A stretch of 64,000 bases of DNA from an uncultured delta proteobacterium (lineage in GTDB: Bacteria > Desulfobacterota > Binatia > UBA9968). The DNA lies in NCBI GenBank assembly GCA_963816145.1, contig CAWFJP010000016.1, positions 50,780-114,779 of the forward strand, in the 5' to 3' direction. The notes below the pieces were generated by a model that was not told the DNA's origin, made no database searches, and worked only from the letters and a program-made list of their open reading frames with translations. Position 1 is the stretch's first letter. Every line of letters begins with the position of its first letter. Positions 29,799 through 41,193 of this stretch are shown here, one piece after another. The position numbers were made by a program, and so were the translations under genes.

Positions 29799-30359
29799 AT
29801 GATAACTCTGCCGCCCATTGAATTCGCCTGCCTCAAGATTTTCTCCATGGTCATCGGAGTTTGCGCGGGAGCCTGCGTGACGGGTTTTTTAGCGCTGCTA
29901 GGAATGCCTGGCCCCATCATAGTGGGGGGCATGGTTGCTTTATCCATTGCTGTATCCGGATTTCTGGTCCCTTCATTTTCGCGATTTCTGTATCGAGCTT
30001 GGAATCGGATCGCGATCGAATTTGCCAAATGTATGGGCAAGATCGTAATGGGAATTTGCTACTACGTGATTTTGCTTGCCGTGGGATCGACGGGGTCGAC
30101 GATTAGCCTAAAGGACCAAGGCGATCGTAAGTCCATGTGGCTTCACCGCGGCATGATTGCGCCGGATATCGATTCGAAACAGCACGCAATGACGACCGAC
30201 GATCCGCTGCAGCCTAACTGGATTCCGTCATTCGTATCTTGGGCGGTGAAATCAGGAAACTTCTGGAGATGTTCGTTAATACCGTTCATTATTTTGTTGG
30301 CAAGTTTCGACAGCTCTCGGGAAGAAACCGTGCCGACGGATATTTATACTCTTTATTAA
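29799..30359 (+). CDS. Membrane protein, SxtJ-like with SxtK/DUF5989-like C-terminus
   Basis: Several TMs, LYRAW..IA...G motif, ends IYTLY; directly follows the carbamoyltransferase. Confidence 0.6.
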   Translation: MITLPPIEFACLKIFSMVIGVCAGACVTGFLALLGMPGPIIVGGMVALSIAVSGFLVPSFSRFLYRAWNRIAIEFAKCMGKIVMGICYYVILLAVGSTGSTISLKDQGDRKSMWLHRGMIAPDIDSKQHAMTTDDPLQPNWIPSFVSWAVKSGNFWRCSLIPFIILLASFDSSREETVPTDIYTLY

Positions 30360-30376
30360 CTTAAGTAGTTGTCACA

Positions 30377-31468
30377 ATGTTGAGGACGATTCTAGAGATG
30401 ATCGCGGCACTGGCGGCAATGCTTCTGCTGACACCGGTTGTCATTCTGGCAATTCCCTTCTGGACCATGGCTCTGCTTATGCGCTACTGCTCGTCTCTGT
30501 TCGTGCCGCGCGCCGCCTCTTGGGAAAGCGTGATTGAATTCGATTCATGCACGGGTTGGAAACCCAGGTCCAATTTAAACGCCCATTGTTCTTTTGTCGC
30601 CGGAACGTTCCATGTAAAGACTGACTCGCAAGGATGGCGGGGTGTGGGAGATATACCCCAATGCCACGTGCTCGCCCTCGGCGATTCCGTCGCGTTCGGC
30701 TTCGGAGTGAACGACCGGGACGCATTTTTTTCCCGGGTTGATTCCGGGGTTCGAGTCAAAGCGGTCGGCGCTCCCGGCTACAACATGGTGCAAGAAGTCT
30801 TGTGGCTGGAAAAGTTGGCTCCGCAACTCAGGGGCAAACTCGTCGTCTGGTTTATCTGTCTGGGAAACGATCTATACGACAATATAATTCCCAACTTGTA
30901 CCAATACCGAATGCCCTTTGTCCGAAAAGCGAATGGAGCGGGAACTTGGGAAATAGTGACCGAGCACATCAAGAAAGCGAGATGGCCGTACAATCCCGAA
31001 GCCAATCCCCGATTGAAAGAAAAATGGGAAGCCACTTTTACGGACAGATTTTTGGGACAACGGGCCTATTCCGCCTGTGCTTTTTTAATTGAAAAGGGTC
31101 GAGACATCTGTATCCGGGAGGGCTCGGGGCTGGTGGTGATGACCGTGCCGTTGATGAATCAGTTCGACCGACAACGGTGGGAGCGTACGTTTCTGCCCTT
31201 CGGTGGCGCCGACCGGTTTGACCCTGATTTGCCCGATAGGCAGATAGGCGACATCTGCGCGCGGCTGAATGTGTCGTTTCTCTCGGGCAGAGATTACGTT
31301 CAACTGGCCGATCACATCGAACGGGACGGGCATTGGAATGAATTTGGTCATGTTCGTATTGCCCGCCTGCTGCAATCGCTCCATGAGCAGCATGTTTCGG
31401 GCGGGGTTTCTACCACGAGAGGAATTTGTTCGTCTCTAGCATTTACCCCGGTCCCGCACGCCCCCTAA
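30377..31468 (+). CDS. SGNH/GDSL-fold protein
   Basis: N-terminal TM; LGDSVAFG, GY...QE, GND and DGHWN motifs. Confidence 0.75.
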   Translation: MLRTILEMIAALAAMLLLTPVVILAIPFWTMALLMRYCSSLFVPRAASWESVIEFDSCTGWKPRSNLNAHCSFVAGTFHVKTDSQGWRGVGDIPQCHVLALGDSVAFGFGVNDRDAFFSRVDSGVRVKAVGAPGYNMVQEVLWLEKLAPQLRGKLVVWFICLGNDLYDNIIPNLYQYRMPFVRKANGAGTWEIVTEHIKKARWPYNPEANPRLKEKWEATFTDRFLGQRAYSACAFLIEKGRDICIREGSGLVVMTVPLMNQFDRQRWERTFLPFGGADRFDPDLPDRQIGDICARLNVSFLSGRDYVQLADHIERDGHWNEFGHVRIARLLQSLHEQHVSGGVSTTRGICSSLAFTPVPHAP

Positions 31469-31496
31469 TCTATCTTTTGCCAGAGAGCTAGTACGC

Positions 31497-32468
31497 ATGC
31501 TTCATAGCGGGCCGCTGATAAGCATTGGCATGCCGGTATACAACGGTGAGAAACTCCTCCACCAGGCGCTGAGAACCTTCTTAGAGCAAACCTATGACCA
31601 GTTCGAAATAGTCATAGTAGATAACGCTTCCTCGGATAATACGAAGACGATTTGCCTTGAGTATTGCGCTAAAGATTCTCGAATTCGCTACTACCGTAAC
31701 AGTTCCAATATCGGCGTCTACGCCAATTTCCGTCGCGTTCTGGAGCTGTCATCAGGTGATTACTTCATGTGGGCGGGAGTGGACGACATTCGAGCTCCGA
31801 ACACTCTCGAAATTTGTCTGAAGGCACTGCTCAAAAACAAGCGAGCAGTCATGGTCCACGGCCCTGTGCTGTCGCAGGGAAAAGGAAGCGAGACGCTCGT
31901 GGAGATCGCCAACGGCGCAAACCTCTCCCATGGTAGGGCCGCGGCTCGCATTCGGGCGTTCATAAAAGGCATCGAGCACAACGCAATCCTCTACGGGCTT
32001 TACAGAAGAGACGCGGTGACCAGAGGAACGTTCGGTAACTGCCTCGGACAGGATTATCTCCTTGGCTTACAAATGTGCCTGCTCGGTCCGATCGAGTACG
32101 TGCCCACTCCCATGATTGTCTGTCAAGAAAGAGGGTCTAGGCACAGCGACAACCCGATGTACACCGACGGACCTCTAACGCTGCGGGATTTGTTGCGGGG
32201 CCGCGGACACAGGAACAAAAAGTGTTGGACTGTACTGCTGAAGGGGCTTTTCTATCTAGGCAAAATCCGCGGCGTAACTCTTTCCGAACGAATCGATGCG
32301 CTGGCCGCTCATCTGCTCACCTTCAGCTCCGTCTATCGTCATCAATTGGTCAAAGAATTGGTGCTGCAAGCTCTGACTCCGGTTACCTTGATGAGCCTGC
32401 TGATTTGGCGTCTGACCCGAGACTGGGAATACGCCCGAAAACTGCACGCCAGGTTAAAGCAGATTTAA
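31497..32468 (+). CDS. GT2 glycosyltransferase
   Basis: ISIGMPVYNGE, VDNASSD and YFMWAGVDD motifs. Confidence 0.9.
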   Translation: MLHSGPLISIGMPVYNGEKLLHQALRTFLEQTYDQFEIVIVDNASSDNTKTICLEYCAKDSRIRYYRNSSNIGVYANFRRVLELSSGDYFMWAGVDDIRAPNTLEICLKALLKNKRAVMVHGPVLSQGKGSETLVEIANGANLSHGRAAARIRAFIKGIEHNAILYGLYRRDAVTRGTFGNCLGQDYLLGLQMCLLGPIEYVPTPMIVCQERGSRHSDNPMYTDGPLTLRDLLRGRGHRNKKCWTVLLKGLFYLGKIRGVTLSERIDALAAHLLTFSSVYRHQLVKELVLQALTPVTLMSLLIWRLTRDWEYARKLHARLKQI

Positions 32469-32485
32469 CGCACCGCTGATTTATT

Positions 32486-33552
32486 ATGAAAGACAATTCA
32501 AACCATGAAGCCGAGGTCATCGAGTCTCTCGGACTGGGCCTACGCGCTAATGGCGGCTGCTTTATCGTGGCCGAGGTCGCCCAGGGACATGACGGCAGTC
32601 TCGGTATGGCGCATTCCTATATCGATGCGGTGGCTAGCGCCGGGGCTGACGCCGTGAAGTTCCAGACTCATATCGCAGCCGCGGAAAGCACGCCTGGAGA
32701 GCCGTGGCGTGTTCCGTTTAGCCGTCAAGACGCCACGCGCTACGCTTATTGGAAGCGGATGGAGTTTACCGAAGAGCAATGGCACGGCCTCAAGTCACAC
32801 GCGACTGATCGCGGCATTACCTTTCTAAGCTCCCCCTTTTCCAACGCAGCGGTAGAATTGTTAACCAGGGTCGGTGTCGCAGCCTGGAAGATCGCCTCCG
32901 GAGAGGTCAATAACACCGTCATGTTCGAACGCATCATGGCAACCCGACTGCCGATCCTGCTCTCGACCGGAATGAGCTCGCTGGAGGAGATTGACGCTGC
33001 CGCCGCTCTGGTACAGCAGCGCGGCATCCCTCTAGGGATATTGCAGTGCACCTCCCTCTATCCCTGTCCGGCGGAAAAGGTCGGCTTGAACCTCATTCCA
33101 TTTTTTCGAGAACGTTACCAATGTGCCGTCGGACTTTCGGATCATTCAGGAACGATCTATCCGGGGCTGGCGGCAGCAGTAATCGGTATCGACGTCCTCG
33201 AGGTCCACGTCACTTTCAGCCGTGAAATGTTCGGTCCCGATGTGCCTTCCTCTCTCACGATCAGCGAGCTGAAACAACTGACCGAGGGAATCCGCTTCAT
33301 AGAAACAATGAAAGAACATCCCATCGACAAAAACGAAATGGCGCAAAATCTCCTGCCGATGCGCGGTCTCTTCACCAAGAGCGTTGTGACCCAGGTGGAC
33401 CTGCCCGCCGGCACCCATTGAAAGAAGAGCATCTGGCGGTAAAGAAACCGGGAACCGGTATTCCGGCCACTCAATTTGACCAAGTCATTGGTCGTACCTT
33501 ATGCCACCCTGTCAAGGCCGACCAAATTCTCATGGAATTTGATTTTTGCTGA
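32486..33552 (+). CDS. neuB: N-acetylneuraminate synthase family (frameshift at ~33418 before the SAF domain)
   Basis: IVAEVAQGHDG, ADAVKFQTH, KIASGE, LSTGMS, GLSDHSG; shifted frame gives LKEEHLAVKKPGTGIP...FC-stop. Confidence 0.9.
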
Positions 33553-33669
33553 AAATCCGCACGCTCTAACGCTGTAAATGTCCATCGAAATCATATCGGC
33601 CAGGATGCAATCCCAGGGGTTGCGTATAGAGCATCCCGGACTGCCATGCGAACCAAATTGGAGCGCAAA

Positions 33670-34435
33670 ATGAAAAACAGCCAACCAATCAGCAAAGCGG
33701 TGGTATTCCTCCGCGAGTGAAAACAAGACGAGGGCAACGTTTTTTTGAGTTATTCAAGAACTGCCCGGTTCCGAACAGTGAGCTGCTATCAAATCTTGGC
33801 TTGTTCATTAAGCGACAGGACTTGTCGAAAATTCTCTTCCTCAATGATCTCTACAAGAAGAATTATCGAGGTCCATGGCGTTGTTATCGAGTTCGGCGTT
33901 AGATGGGGAAACAACCTAGCATTGTTTGAATCGCTGAGAGGGATTTACGAACCTTTCAATCACAATCGGAAAATTATCGGGTTTGATACCTTTGAAGGGT
34001 TCAGCGTCCGTACACGAGAAAGATGGAACCTCGGATATTGTGAAAATCGGGGCTTACCAGGTTACGGACCATTACGAAGACTATCTAGAAAAGGTGTTGA
34101 CCTATCATGAACAGGAAAGCCCGATCGCTCACATCAATAAACACCAATTGATCAAGGGTGATGCTACCGTCGAGGTGGAAAAATATTTCAACGCTTATCC
34201 GGAGACGATTGTGGCATTCGCGTATTTCGACTTCGATCTCTACGAACCGACAAGAAAATGCCTCGATGTTATTAAAGATCATATCACAAAAGGAACCGTG
34301 ATCGCGTTCGACCAATTAAATGATCACGATTTTCCAGGAGAGACATTAGCGCTAAAAGAAGTGTTTGGATTAGACAGATTCAAGTTAAGGAAGAGTGTCC
34401 ACAGCTCAGTGCAATCGTATCTGATTGTCGAATAG
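33670..34435 (+). CDS. TylF/MtfB-like sugar O-methyltransferase (split by frameshifts)
   Basis: GVVIEFGVRWG, IIGFDTFEGF, LIKGDA and AYFDFDLYEPT spread over several ORF pieces. Confidence 0.75.
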
Positions 34436-34504
34436 TCGTACCCGTCTAGGCAAGCTGGAAGTTTTTCTGACGAGTTAATCTTCAGGAATTGCTAACAAAA
34501 TGAC

Positions 34505-36395
34505 ATGGACATCGAGCAAGGTTCTATGGCGCGCTCTAGTTTGCGACAAGAGATTGACCAACTCATAGAGGCCGATTCTGCATCGTCTGCATCTTCGTGT
34601 CTCGACCGCCTTTGGCGCGAGGAGGCTGGACCATCTGCCGCCGGATTTGTGGTGTCTCGTTATGAGAACCTACGCCCGTTGCTACACCTGACCCCGAGCC
34701 GTTTGTTTATCCTACGATCATTTACTGTGGAACCCGTCGTTCCACTCTTACGAGCCGCAGCTTTCGTGAATGGAATGGACTTGACTGTGCAGGTCGGCGA
34801 TTTCAATGCCTACGCCCAGGAAATACTGAATTCAAATAGCCGTGTTTACAGTTTCGCTCCGGATCTGGCAATCCTAGCCGTTCAAACCCGTGATGTGGCA
34901 CCCATCTTGTGGGAGGACTATACGACGCTCTCATCTGCAGAAGCCACCGCTGTAGTCGAACAGGTTGTCGCTAGTTTTCAGAATTGGGTTCGTGTGTTTC
35001 GCACACACAGCAAAGCATCTCTTGTCATTCATACTCTGGAGATGCCGTTTCTTCCCGCACAGGGTATCTTGGACCATCAACTAGAAACGAGTCAGGTCGC
35101 GGCCGATTCAGCAGATTAATCAAGGCCTGCGTCGTCTTGCCAGGGAGCAAACCGGCGTTTATGTCCTTGACTATGATGGCTTAGTTGTCGCTATGGCCGT
35201 ATGCGATGGTTCGACGAACGTAAGTGGCTAACGATGCGCATGCCGATTGCTGCCGATCACTTAGTTCATCTGCGGTAATGAATGGCTCCGCTTCGTACAT
35301 CCCGCTTGCGCGGCAAATCCTGTAAAGCGCTGGTCACTGATTTGGACAATACGCTCTGGGGCGGCGTGATCGGAGAAGACGGCATGGAGGGTATTCGGTT
35401 GGGTAACGATTACTCGGGCGCACCATTCCAGGCTCTCCAACGGGTCATGCTGGATCTCTACCAACGAGGCATCATCTTGGCGGTTTGCAGCAAGAATAAC
35501 CTTGCGGACGCCATGGAGGCTTTGGAGAAGCATCCAGGCATGCTCTTGAAGCCGGATCACTTCGCGGCCCTGCGCATCAACTGGACTGACAAAGCGCAGA
35601 ATCTGCGGGAGATTGCAGCCGAGTTAAATATCGGACATCGATACCTTAGCTTTTTTGGACGACAATCCTGTCGAGCGGGAGCGCATCCGTACCGAATTGC
35701 CGGAAGTAACCGTCATCGAACTCCCGACGATCCCATGGATTTTGCTCAAAGCGTTGCGAGAGACTCCGGTATTTGAGCGCCTGAATCTCTCTGAAGAGGA
35801 TCGTGAACGAGGACGCTACTATGCAGATCAACGCCAGCGAGTGGAACTGGAACAAAGCTCCGCTTCTCTGGAAGACTTTTATCGCTCTTTGAACCAGGAA
35901 GTGGAGATCACTTCTGTTACCCCAGGGACCCTTACGCGAGTCGCGCAGCTCACGCAAAAAACCAATCAATTCAATCTTACGACACGACGTTACAGCGAGC
36001 AACAAATATCCGAAATGGTCAATAATTCGGCCTGGAAAGTTTATTCGATTCGGGTCAAGGATCGTTTTGGTGACAATGGCATTGTCGGTGTGGCGATCAC
36101 CCACGATTACGATGACATCTGCGAAATTGACACCTTTCTCATGAGCTGTCGAGTTGTCGTCCGGACCGTCGAGACTGCCGTCTTGTCGTTCCTGATTGAA
36201 CAGGGCCGACGCGCAGGAAAGCAACACCTTCAGGGTTGGTTCTTGCCGACGAAAAAGAACGATTTGGGCAAGCAATTTTATTCGACACATGAATTTCAAA
36301 TCGTCGATCAGAATAATAGCGGTACGTTGTGGGCATTGGATTTGAGCAAGCATAAGACCAGCTGCCCTGAATGGATCCAATTAACTCGTCGATGA
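34505..36395 (+). CDS. FkbH-family HAD-IIIC phosphatase/glyceryl transferase (split by frameshifts)
   Basis: LVTDLDNTLWGGVIGEDG, CSKN, INWTDK, DDNPVER, QLTQKTNQFNLTT, DRFGDNG and FLMSCRV motifs. Confidence 0.88.
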
Positions 36396-36436
36396 CGGGT
36401 TGCAAATCACAAATTGATCGGCGCTCAATCGATTCC

Positions 36437-36844
36437 ATGGTTTCCATGAACTTTAGCCACATTGGGATTGCCGTGGCCAACCTTGGCGAAGCGATGGCCT
36501 CTTATCGAACAATCTTTGGCTACAGGATTTGTTCTGGACCATTTGTCGATCCGATTCAGAAAGTAGAAGTATGTTTTCTATCAACGAAAGAAGCCGGAGG
36601 CGTGACCATCGAGTTGGTAACACCAGTCAGTGATGATTCGCCAGTGAACCGGATTTTGGCCAAGGGAATCGGTGCGTATCACCTCTGCTACGAAGTAGTT
36701 GATATTGACGCAGCGCTCAAGCACGTTCGCTCCAGCGGATGTCTGGTGGTGAGCGAGCCCGTTCAAGCAATCGCATTCGCGGGCCGGCGTATTGCATGGT
36801 TCTATACGCCGACAAGGCAGCTTACAGAGTTGGTGGAATGTTAA
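36437..36844 (+). CDS. VOC-family protein (methylmalonyl-CoA epimerase-like)
   Basis: HIGIAV, DPIQKV.VCF, IELV.P, YHLCYEV and ELVE metal-binding pattern. Confidence 0.85.
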   Translation: MVSMNFSHIGIAVANLGEAMASYRTIFGYRICSGPFVDPIQKVEVCFLSTKEAGGVTIELVTPVSDDSPVNRILAKGIGAYHLCYEVVDIDAALKHVRSSGCLVVSEPVQAIAFAGRRIAWFYTPTRQLTELVEC

Positions 36845-36875
36845 CACAGGCTTGGATTAAACGAGGACACAAGAT

Positions 36876-37124
36876 ATGAATTCGATGATTTCCCAGCATG
36901 TGCGACGCATCATGGCTGACCTCTTTTCAATGCCACTTGGACAAATCAGTGCTGAACGTCTCCCGGACTTGGTGAGCTGGGATTCCATTCAACACTTAAA
37001 TTTTGTCCTGTCTGTGGAACAGGAGTTTGGCGTAGCATTCAGACCCGAGGAAATCGAGTCGATAAACTCGGTAAGAGGGATGATCGATACGTTGGAAAAT
37101 AAGCTGACAATTCCTTCGAAATGA
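36876..37124 (+). CDS. Acyl carrier protein
   Basis: 82 aa; WDSIQH phosphopantetheine site; EQEFGV. Confidence 0.85.
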   Translation: MNSMISQHVRRIMADLFSMPLGQISAERLPDLVSWDSIQHLNFVLSVEQEFGVAFRPEEIESINSVRGMIDTLENKLTIPSK

Positions 37125-38248
37125 CGATTGAAATACGCTACGCGAAAATTGGCGATTATCCGCGAATTAGTGGATTCTTGGACCAGTATTGGGAACGAGA
37201 TTATATCTATGTACGAAATCCGAAATTATTCGATTGGACCTTCGGTCGAAACGAGTTGTGGCATCAGGAATGATACAGTTTCGCGTTGATGGAAGACCGC
37301 GACGAGTTGGTTGGGGTTTTCGGCGCCATTCCCTTCGACTTCAACTGCTTTGGGCGAAATACCCGAGCCGTATGGTTTGCCAACTACATGATCCGTCCGG
37401 ATTATCGCCGGGGCGCTTTGGGTATGCGGCTTCTCGGCGCCTTTAACGCTTACAAGCTAAGAACCGTATTCGGCATGAATCCGCGAGTGACACCTATTTA
37501 TCAACGCCTTGGCTGGAAGATCTTACCGGCAATTCCACGCCACTTCATGGTGCTGCCAGAGGCGATGAGCAGAGCCGCTAACGTCATCCGTATAGCGCAC
37601 CCTGAATGCGCCGTCGATCGCGCGGCGCGGCTCGCCGGATGCTTTCAAGTCCCCGGCATTCCGGAATCGTGCGTATCTTATGCTCGTACGCTGCCGGCGG
37701 ATTGGGACACCAAAGATTGGTCGCAATTCGCCTCCACGACCATTGGCGCGGCCCGCAATTTGGACTATCTCAAGTGGCGCTACTTGAACCATCCCTGCTT
37801 TGAGTATCGCGTGCTCGCGGTTCCCGAAAGACATCGCACCGGGCTAGCCGTCTGGCGCCTGGAGATGATTCGCCATCTGACTCCTCAAGGCCGATGATGA
37901 ATAGATCTTATCGGCAGACTGGTTGAGTTCTTACCCGCCTCGAAGGACAACGCCAAAGACCTCTTCTCGGTATTTTGCAAAGAGCTCTTGGAGACCGGTG
38001 CTCTGGGCGCTGACTTTTATAGTTTTCACAGCCAATACTCGGCCTGGCTGAAAGAGTTCAATTTCCATTGTGTCGACGACCATCCGGATGGAGCGCTGAT
38101 TCCGTCTCGACTCCAGCCGTTGGATGCCAGGCCTGGAAACATTCTCGGCGCAATCATTTCGGAAGATACGCTCGCTTCCCATCCGGAAGCTTCGAACTGT
38201 TCGTGGTATTGGACCAAATCCGACGCCGACCAGGATCGCCCCAACTGA
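37121..38248 (+). CDS. GNAT-fold acyltransferase-like protein (split by frameshifts)
   Basis: MTIEIRYAK..D, YMIRPDYRRGALG acyl-donor loop, YQRLGW, YLKWRY..HP; ends DADQDRPN. Confidence 0.6.
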
Positions 38249-38257
38249 CACCTCTCC

Positions 38258-39193
38258 ATGGAACCTTATTTACACGTGGTCATGTACCATTACGTCCGCG
38301 ACCTGCCACGTACGTCCTTCCCGAAGATAAAGGGCATGCATACGCGAGACTTCTCAGCGCAAGTTACAGCTATGAAAGGGCAATATGAGATGGCGACTTT
38401 AGAGTCCGCCTTGGCTTTTGTTAGCGGTGTCTATGAGCCCAAGAAAGATCTCTGCCTCCTGACCTTCGACGACGGTTTGAAAGAGCACTACGCGGAAGTC
38501 ACACCCTTGCTTCGTGACGCCGGAATCCAGGGATTGTTCTTTGTCATCAGCGACTGCCTGGAACAGCGACATGTCGCGTCGGTACACATGAATCATTTTC
38601 TCATGGCAGCCATGAACTTCGAAGAATATCGAAAGTCCTTCTTGGCACGGCTTAATGAAATTTCACCCACACCAGTGCAAGCAGCGAACCTCGATAAAGC
38701 GGTGGTTCAACGCACCTATCGTTGGGACAATTACGAAGTGGCTTCATTCAAGTACCTCTTCAATTTTCTCGTGCACCAAAACATCCGAGACAGCGTTCTC
38801 AAAGAACTTTTCGAGGAAAATATTGCCGACGAAGAATCGTTTTCGCAGGATCTCTATCTCAATTGGCATGAAGCCCGCGAAATGCAATCGGCAGGAATGG
38901 TGATCGGCGGTCATTCTCACCAACACCGGCCATTGGCGGCGCTGTCTGAAGACGAGCAGGAGTCGGACCTGCGAACTTGTCAGGATCTTCTTCTGGACAA
39001 TCTCTCTCCCCAATCGGTTTGGCCGTTCTGTTATCCCTACGGCAAGAGGGACTCATTTAATGAGAGTACCATCGACCACCTGAAAGCATTGGGATTTGCG
39101 TGTTCATTTACAACTGAGATCGGTTTCAATCCTGTTAACTCCGATTTATTTAACCTGCGCCGCGTCGATTGCAAGGACGCTCGAATCGACTAG
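38258..39193 (+). CDS. Polysaccharide deacetylase (CE4-like)
   Basis: VMYHYVR, LTFDDG, GGHSHQH and FCYPYG motifs. Confidence 0.9.
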   Translation: MEPYLHVVMYHYVRDLPRTSFPKIKGMHTRDFSAQVTAMKGQYEMATLESALAFVSGVYEPKKDLCLLTFDDGLKEHYAEVTPLLRDAGIQGLFFVISDCLEQRHVASVHMNHFLMAAMNFEEYRKSFLARLNEISPTPVQAANLDKAVVQRTYRWDNYEVASFKYLFNFLVHQNIRDSVLKELFEENIADEESFSQDLYLNWHEAREMQSAGMVIGGHSHQHRPLAALSEDEQESDLRTCQDLLLDNLSPQSVWPFCYPYGKRDSFNESTIDHLKALGFACSFTTEIGFNPVNSDLFNLRRVDCKDARID

Positions 39194-39213
39194 GGCCAAA
39201 TTTGGAGAAGCAA

Positions 39214-40483
39214 TTGCCTAATCGAAACCCACGGAAAGTGTGTGTCGTATTGGTCGATCGGGCCAACTACGGGCGCCTTAAGCCCGTCATGAAGGCTATC
39301 GTCGATCATCCTGACCTGGAACTGCAAGTCGTTGCTGCGGGCACTATGGTCTTGGAACGGTTTCATCAACCCGTCGAAATCGTTCGCCGGGACGGATTTC
39401 AGGTGGCCGGCGAGATCTATATCGAACTCGAAGGTTCGACACCGGTCACCATGGCGAAGTCCGTTGGCTTCGGAGTGGTCGAATTTGCCAGTGAGTTTCA
39501 ACGGCTAAAACCGGACCTGGTTCTCCTGATTGGGGATCGCTACGAAGCGATGGCGGCCGCCATCGCGGCGGCTTACATGAATATCTGTCTCGCCCATATT
39601 CAAGGCGGTGAGGTTTCTGGCTCCATCGATGAAAGCACGCGACACGCAATCACGAAGTTTGCTCAATTTCATTTTCCTAGCACCCGTCGGTCGGCTGAGT
39701 ATCTCATACGGATGGGAGAAAGACCCGAAACTATTTTGGCTGTCGGTTGTCCGAGCAGTGACATTGCGCGCGATTTGGACCGAACCCTCTCTCCGGGCAC
39801 TGCTCAATAACGTGGGCAGTGGGGCGAGCATCGATGTGACTCGACCATTTCTGTTGGTTATCTTTCACCCGACGACGACGGAATACGGCGTCGAACGGCG
39901 TGAAATGGAAGAGCTTCTGCATGCCCTCGACTGTACAAGGATGCAAACGATTCTTCTCTGGCCCAACATCGATGCTGGCGCGGATCATATCAGCAAGGCG
40001 ATTCGGATCTTCCGTGACCAAAACACGCAATCGTGGCTTAGAGCTTTGACCAATCTCAGCCCCGAGAATTACCTGAAAGTGTTGTCTAATGCGGCCTGCG
40101 CCATCGGCAACTCCAGCAGTTTTGTGCGCGACGCCAGCTATTTTGGCACACCCGTGGTCTTAGTGGGTGCGCGCCAAGACGGCCGGGAGATCGACGCGCA
40201 CGTCGTTCCCGTGAGGCTGAACAGAGATGAGATCTTTCGAGGGATTCGCTCCCAACTGGAGCATGGCCGGTATCGCCCCAGCGTGCTTTACGGCGACGGA
40301 AATGTGTCTGACCGAATCTCGCAAGCCCTCGCGCAGCTTGATCCCTATGTGCAAAAACGGCTGCACTATATCTATGACGGCGTGAACGGATGCAATGGAA
40401 AGCTACCTCCGCAAAATTTGCCGCTGGACTCGACCCAAAATGATTCCACCGTGGTCCCGACGCCCTATGATTTGATTGAATAG
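39214..40483 (+). CDS. neuC: Hydrolysing UDP-N-acetylglucosamine 2-epimerase (frameshift ~39800)
   Basis: RANYG, GDRYE, HIQGGEVSGSIDE..RHAITK, HPTT, WPNIDAG, IGNSSS and YGDG motifs. Confidence 0.88.
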
Positions 40484-40485
40484 TC

Positions 40486-41193
40486 GTGAACATTTTAGGC
40501 ATCGTACCTGCTCGAGGTGGCTCCAAAGGCATATCTCGAAAGAACATTACTCCTCTATTGGGAAAGCCGCTCTTAGCTTATACGGCCGAAGCAGCGTTGT
40601 CTTCGAAACGGCTCACGCGTACGGTGCTTTCTACCGATGACGAAGAGATCGCGCAGGTAGGCCGTAGCTGCGGGTTAGATGTTCCATTCATGCGTCCCTC
40701 TGAGCTGGCGCGGGACGAAACTCCCACCATCCCGGTTCTCCAAGACGTAGTTAGTAAACTGGCAGCGATGGATGAAACCTACGACGCTGTTTTTGTCCTT
40801 CAGCCGACAAACCCGCTCAGGAGGTCCACAGACATTGACGGTGCGATCGATCTGTTGGAAGAGGCAAACGCCGATTCGGTGATATCGTTCGTCGATGTGG
40901 GTGAAAAACACCCCGCTCGAATGAAATTCATTACGCCTGACGGTCGCATCGTCAACCCGCCTTTTGCGGAGCTATTCGAGGGCCAGCGTCGCCAAGAACT
41001 CCCTAAGCTTTATTTGCGCGAGGGTTCAGTCTATCTGACTCGCCGGGCAATACTAATGGAACAAAATTCTATTCAAGGTCGCCATTGCCGCGCTTGGATC
41101 ATTCCCGAAGATCGCGCTTGCAATATCGATACGCCGTTTGATCTGTTTCTTGCCGAGCAATTGCTCAAATATCATGCCCAGAAACAGGCTTAA
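40486..41193 (+). CDS. neuA: CMP-nonulosonate synthetase (acylneuraminate cytidylyltransferase)
   Basis: PARGGSKGI..KN, VLSTDD, LQPTNPLR and NIDT..D motifs. Confidence 0.92.
   Translation: MNILGIVPARGGSKGISRKNITPLLGKPLLAYTAEAALSSKRLTRTVLSTDDEEIAQVGRSCGLDVPFMRPSELARDETPTIPVLQDVVSKLAAMDETYDAVFVLQPTNPLRRSTDIDGAIDLLEEANADSVISFVDVGEKHPARMKFITPDGRIVNPPFAELFEGQRRQELPKLYLREGSVYLTRRAILMEQNSIQGRHCRAWIIPEDRACNIDTPFDLFLAEQLLKYHAQKQA

Noticed and set aside
27941-31468. Saxitoxin biosynthesis cluster
   Set aside because: Only sxtI/J/K/L-like genes are present, with no sxtA or sxtG core genes; the context is polysaccharide
34505-37124. PKS extender-unit (methoxymalonyl-ACP) cluster
   Set aside because: No ketosynthase or acyl-CoA dehydrogenase partners; embedded among neu genes
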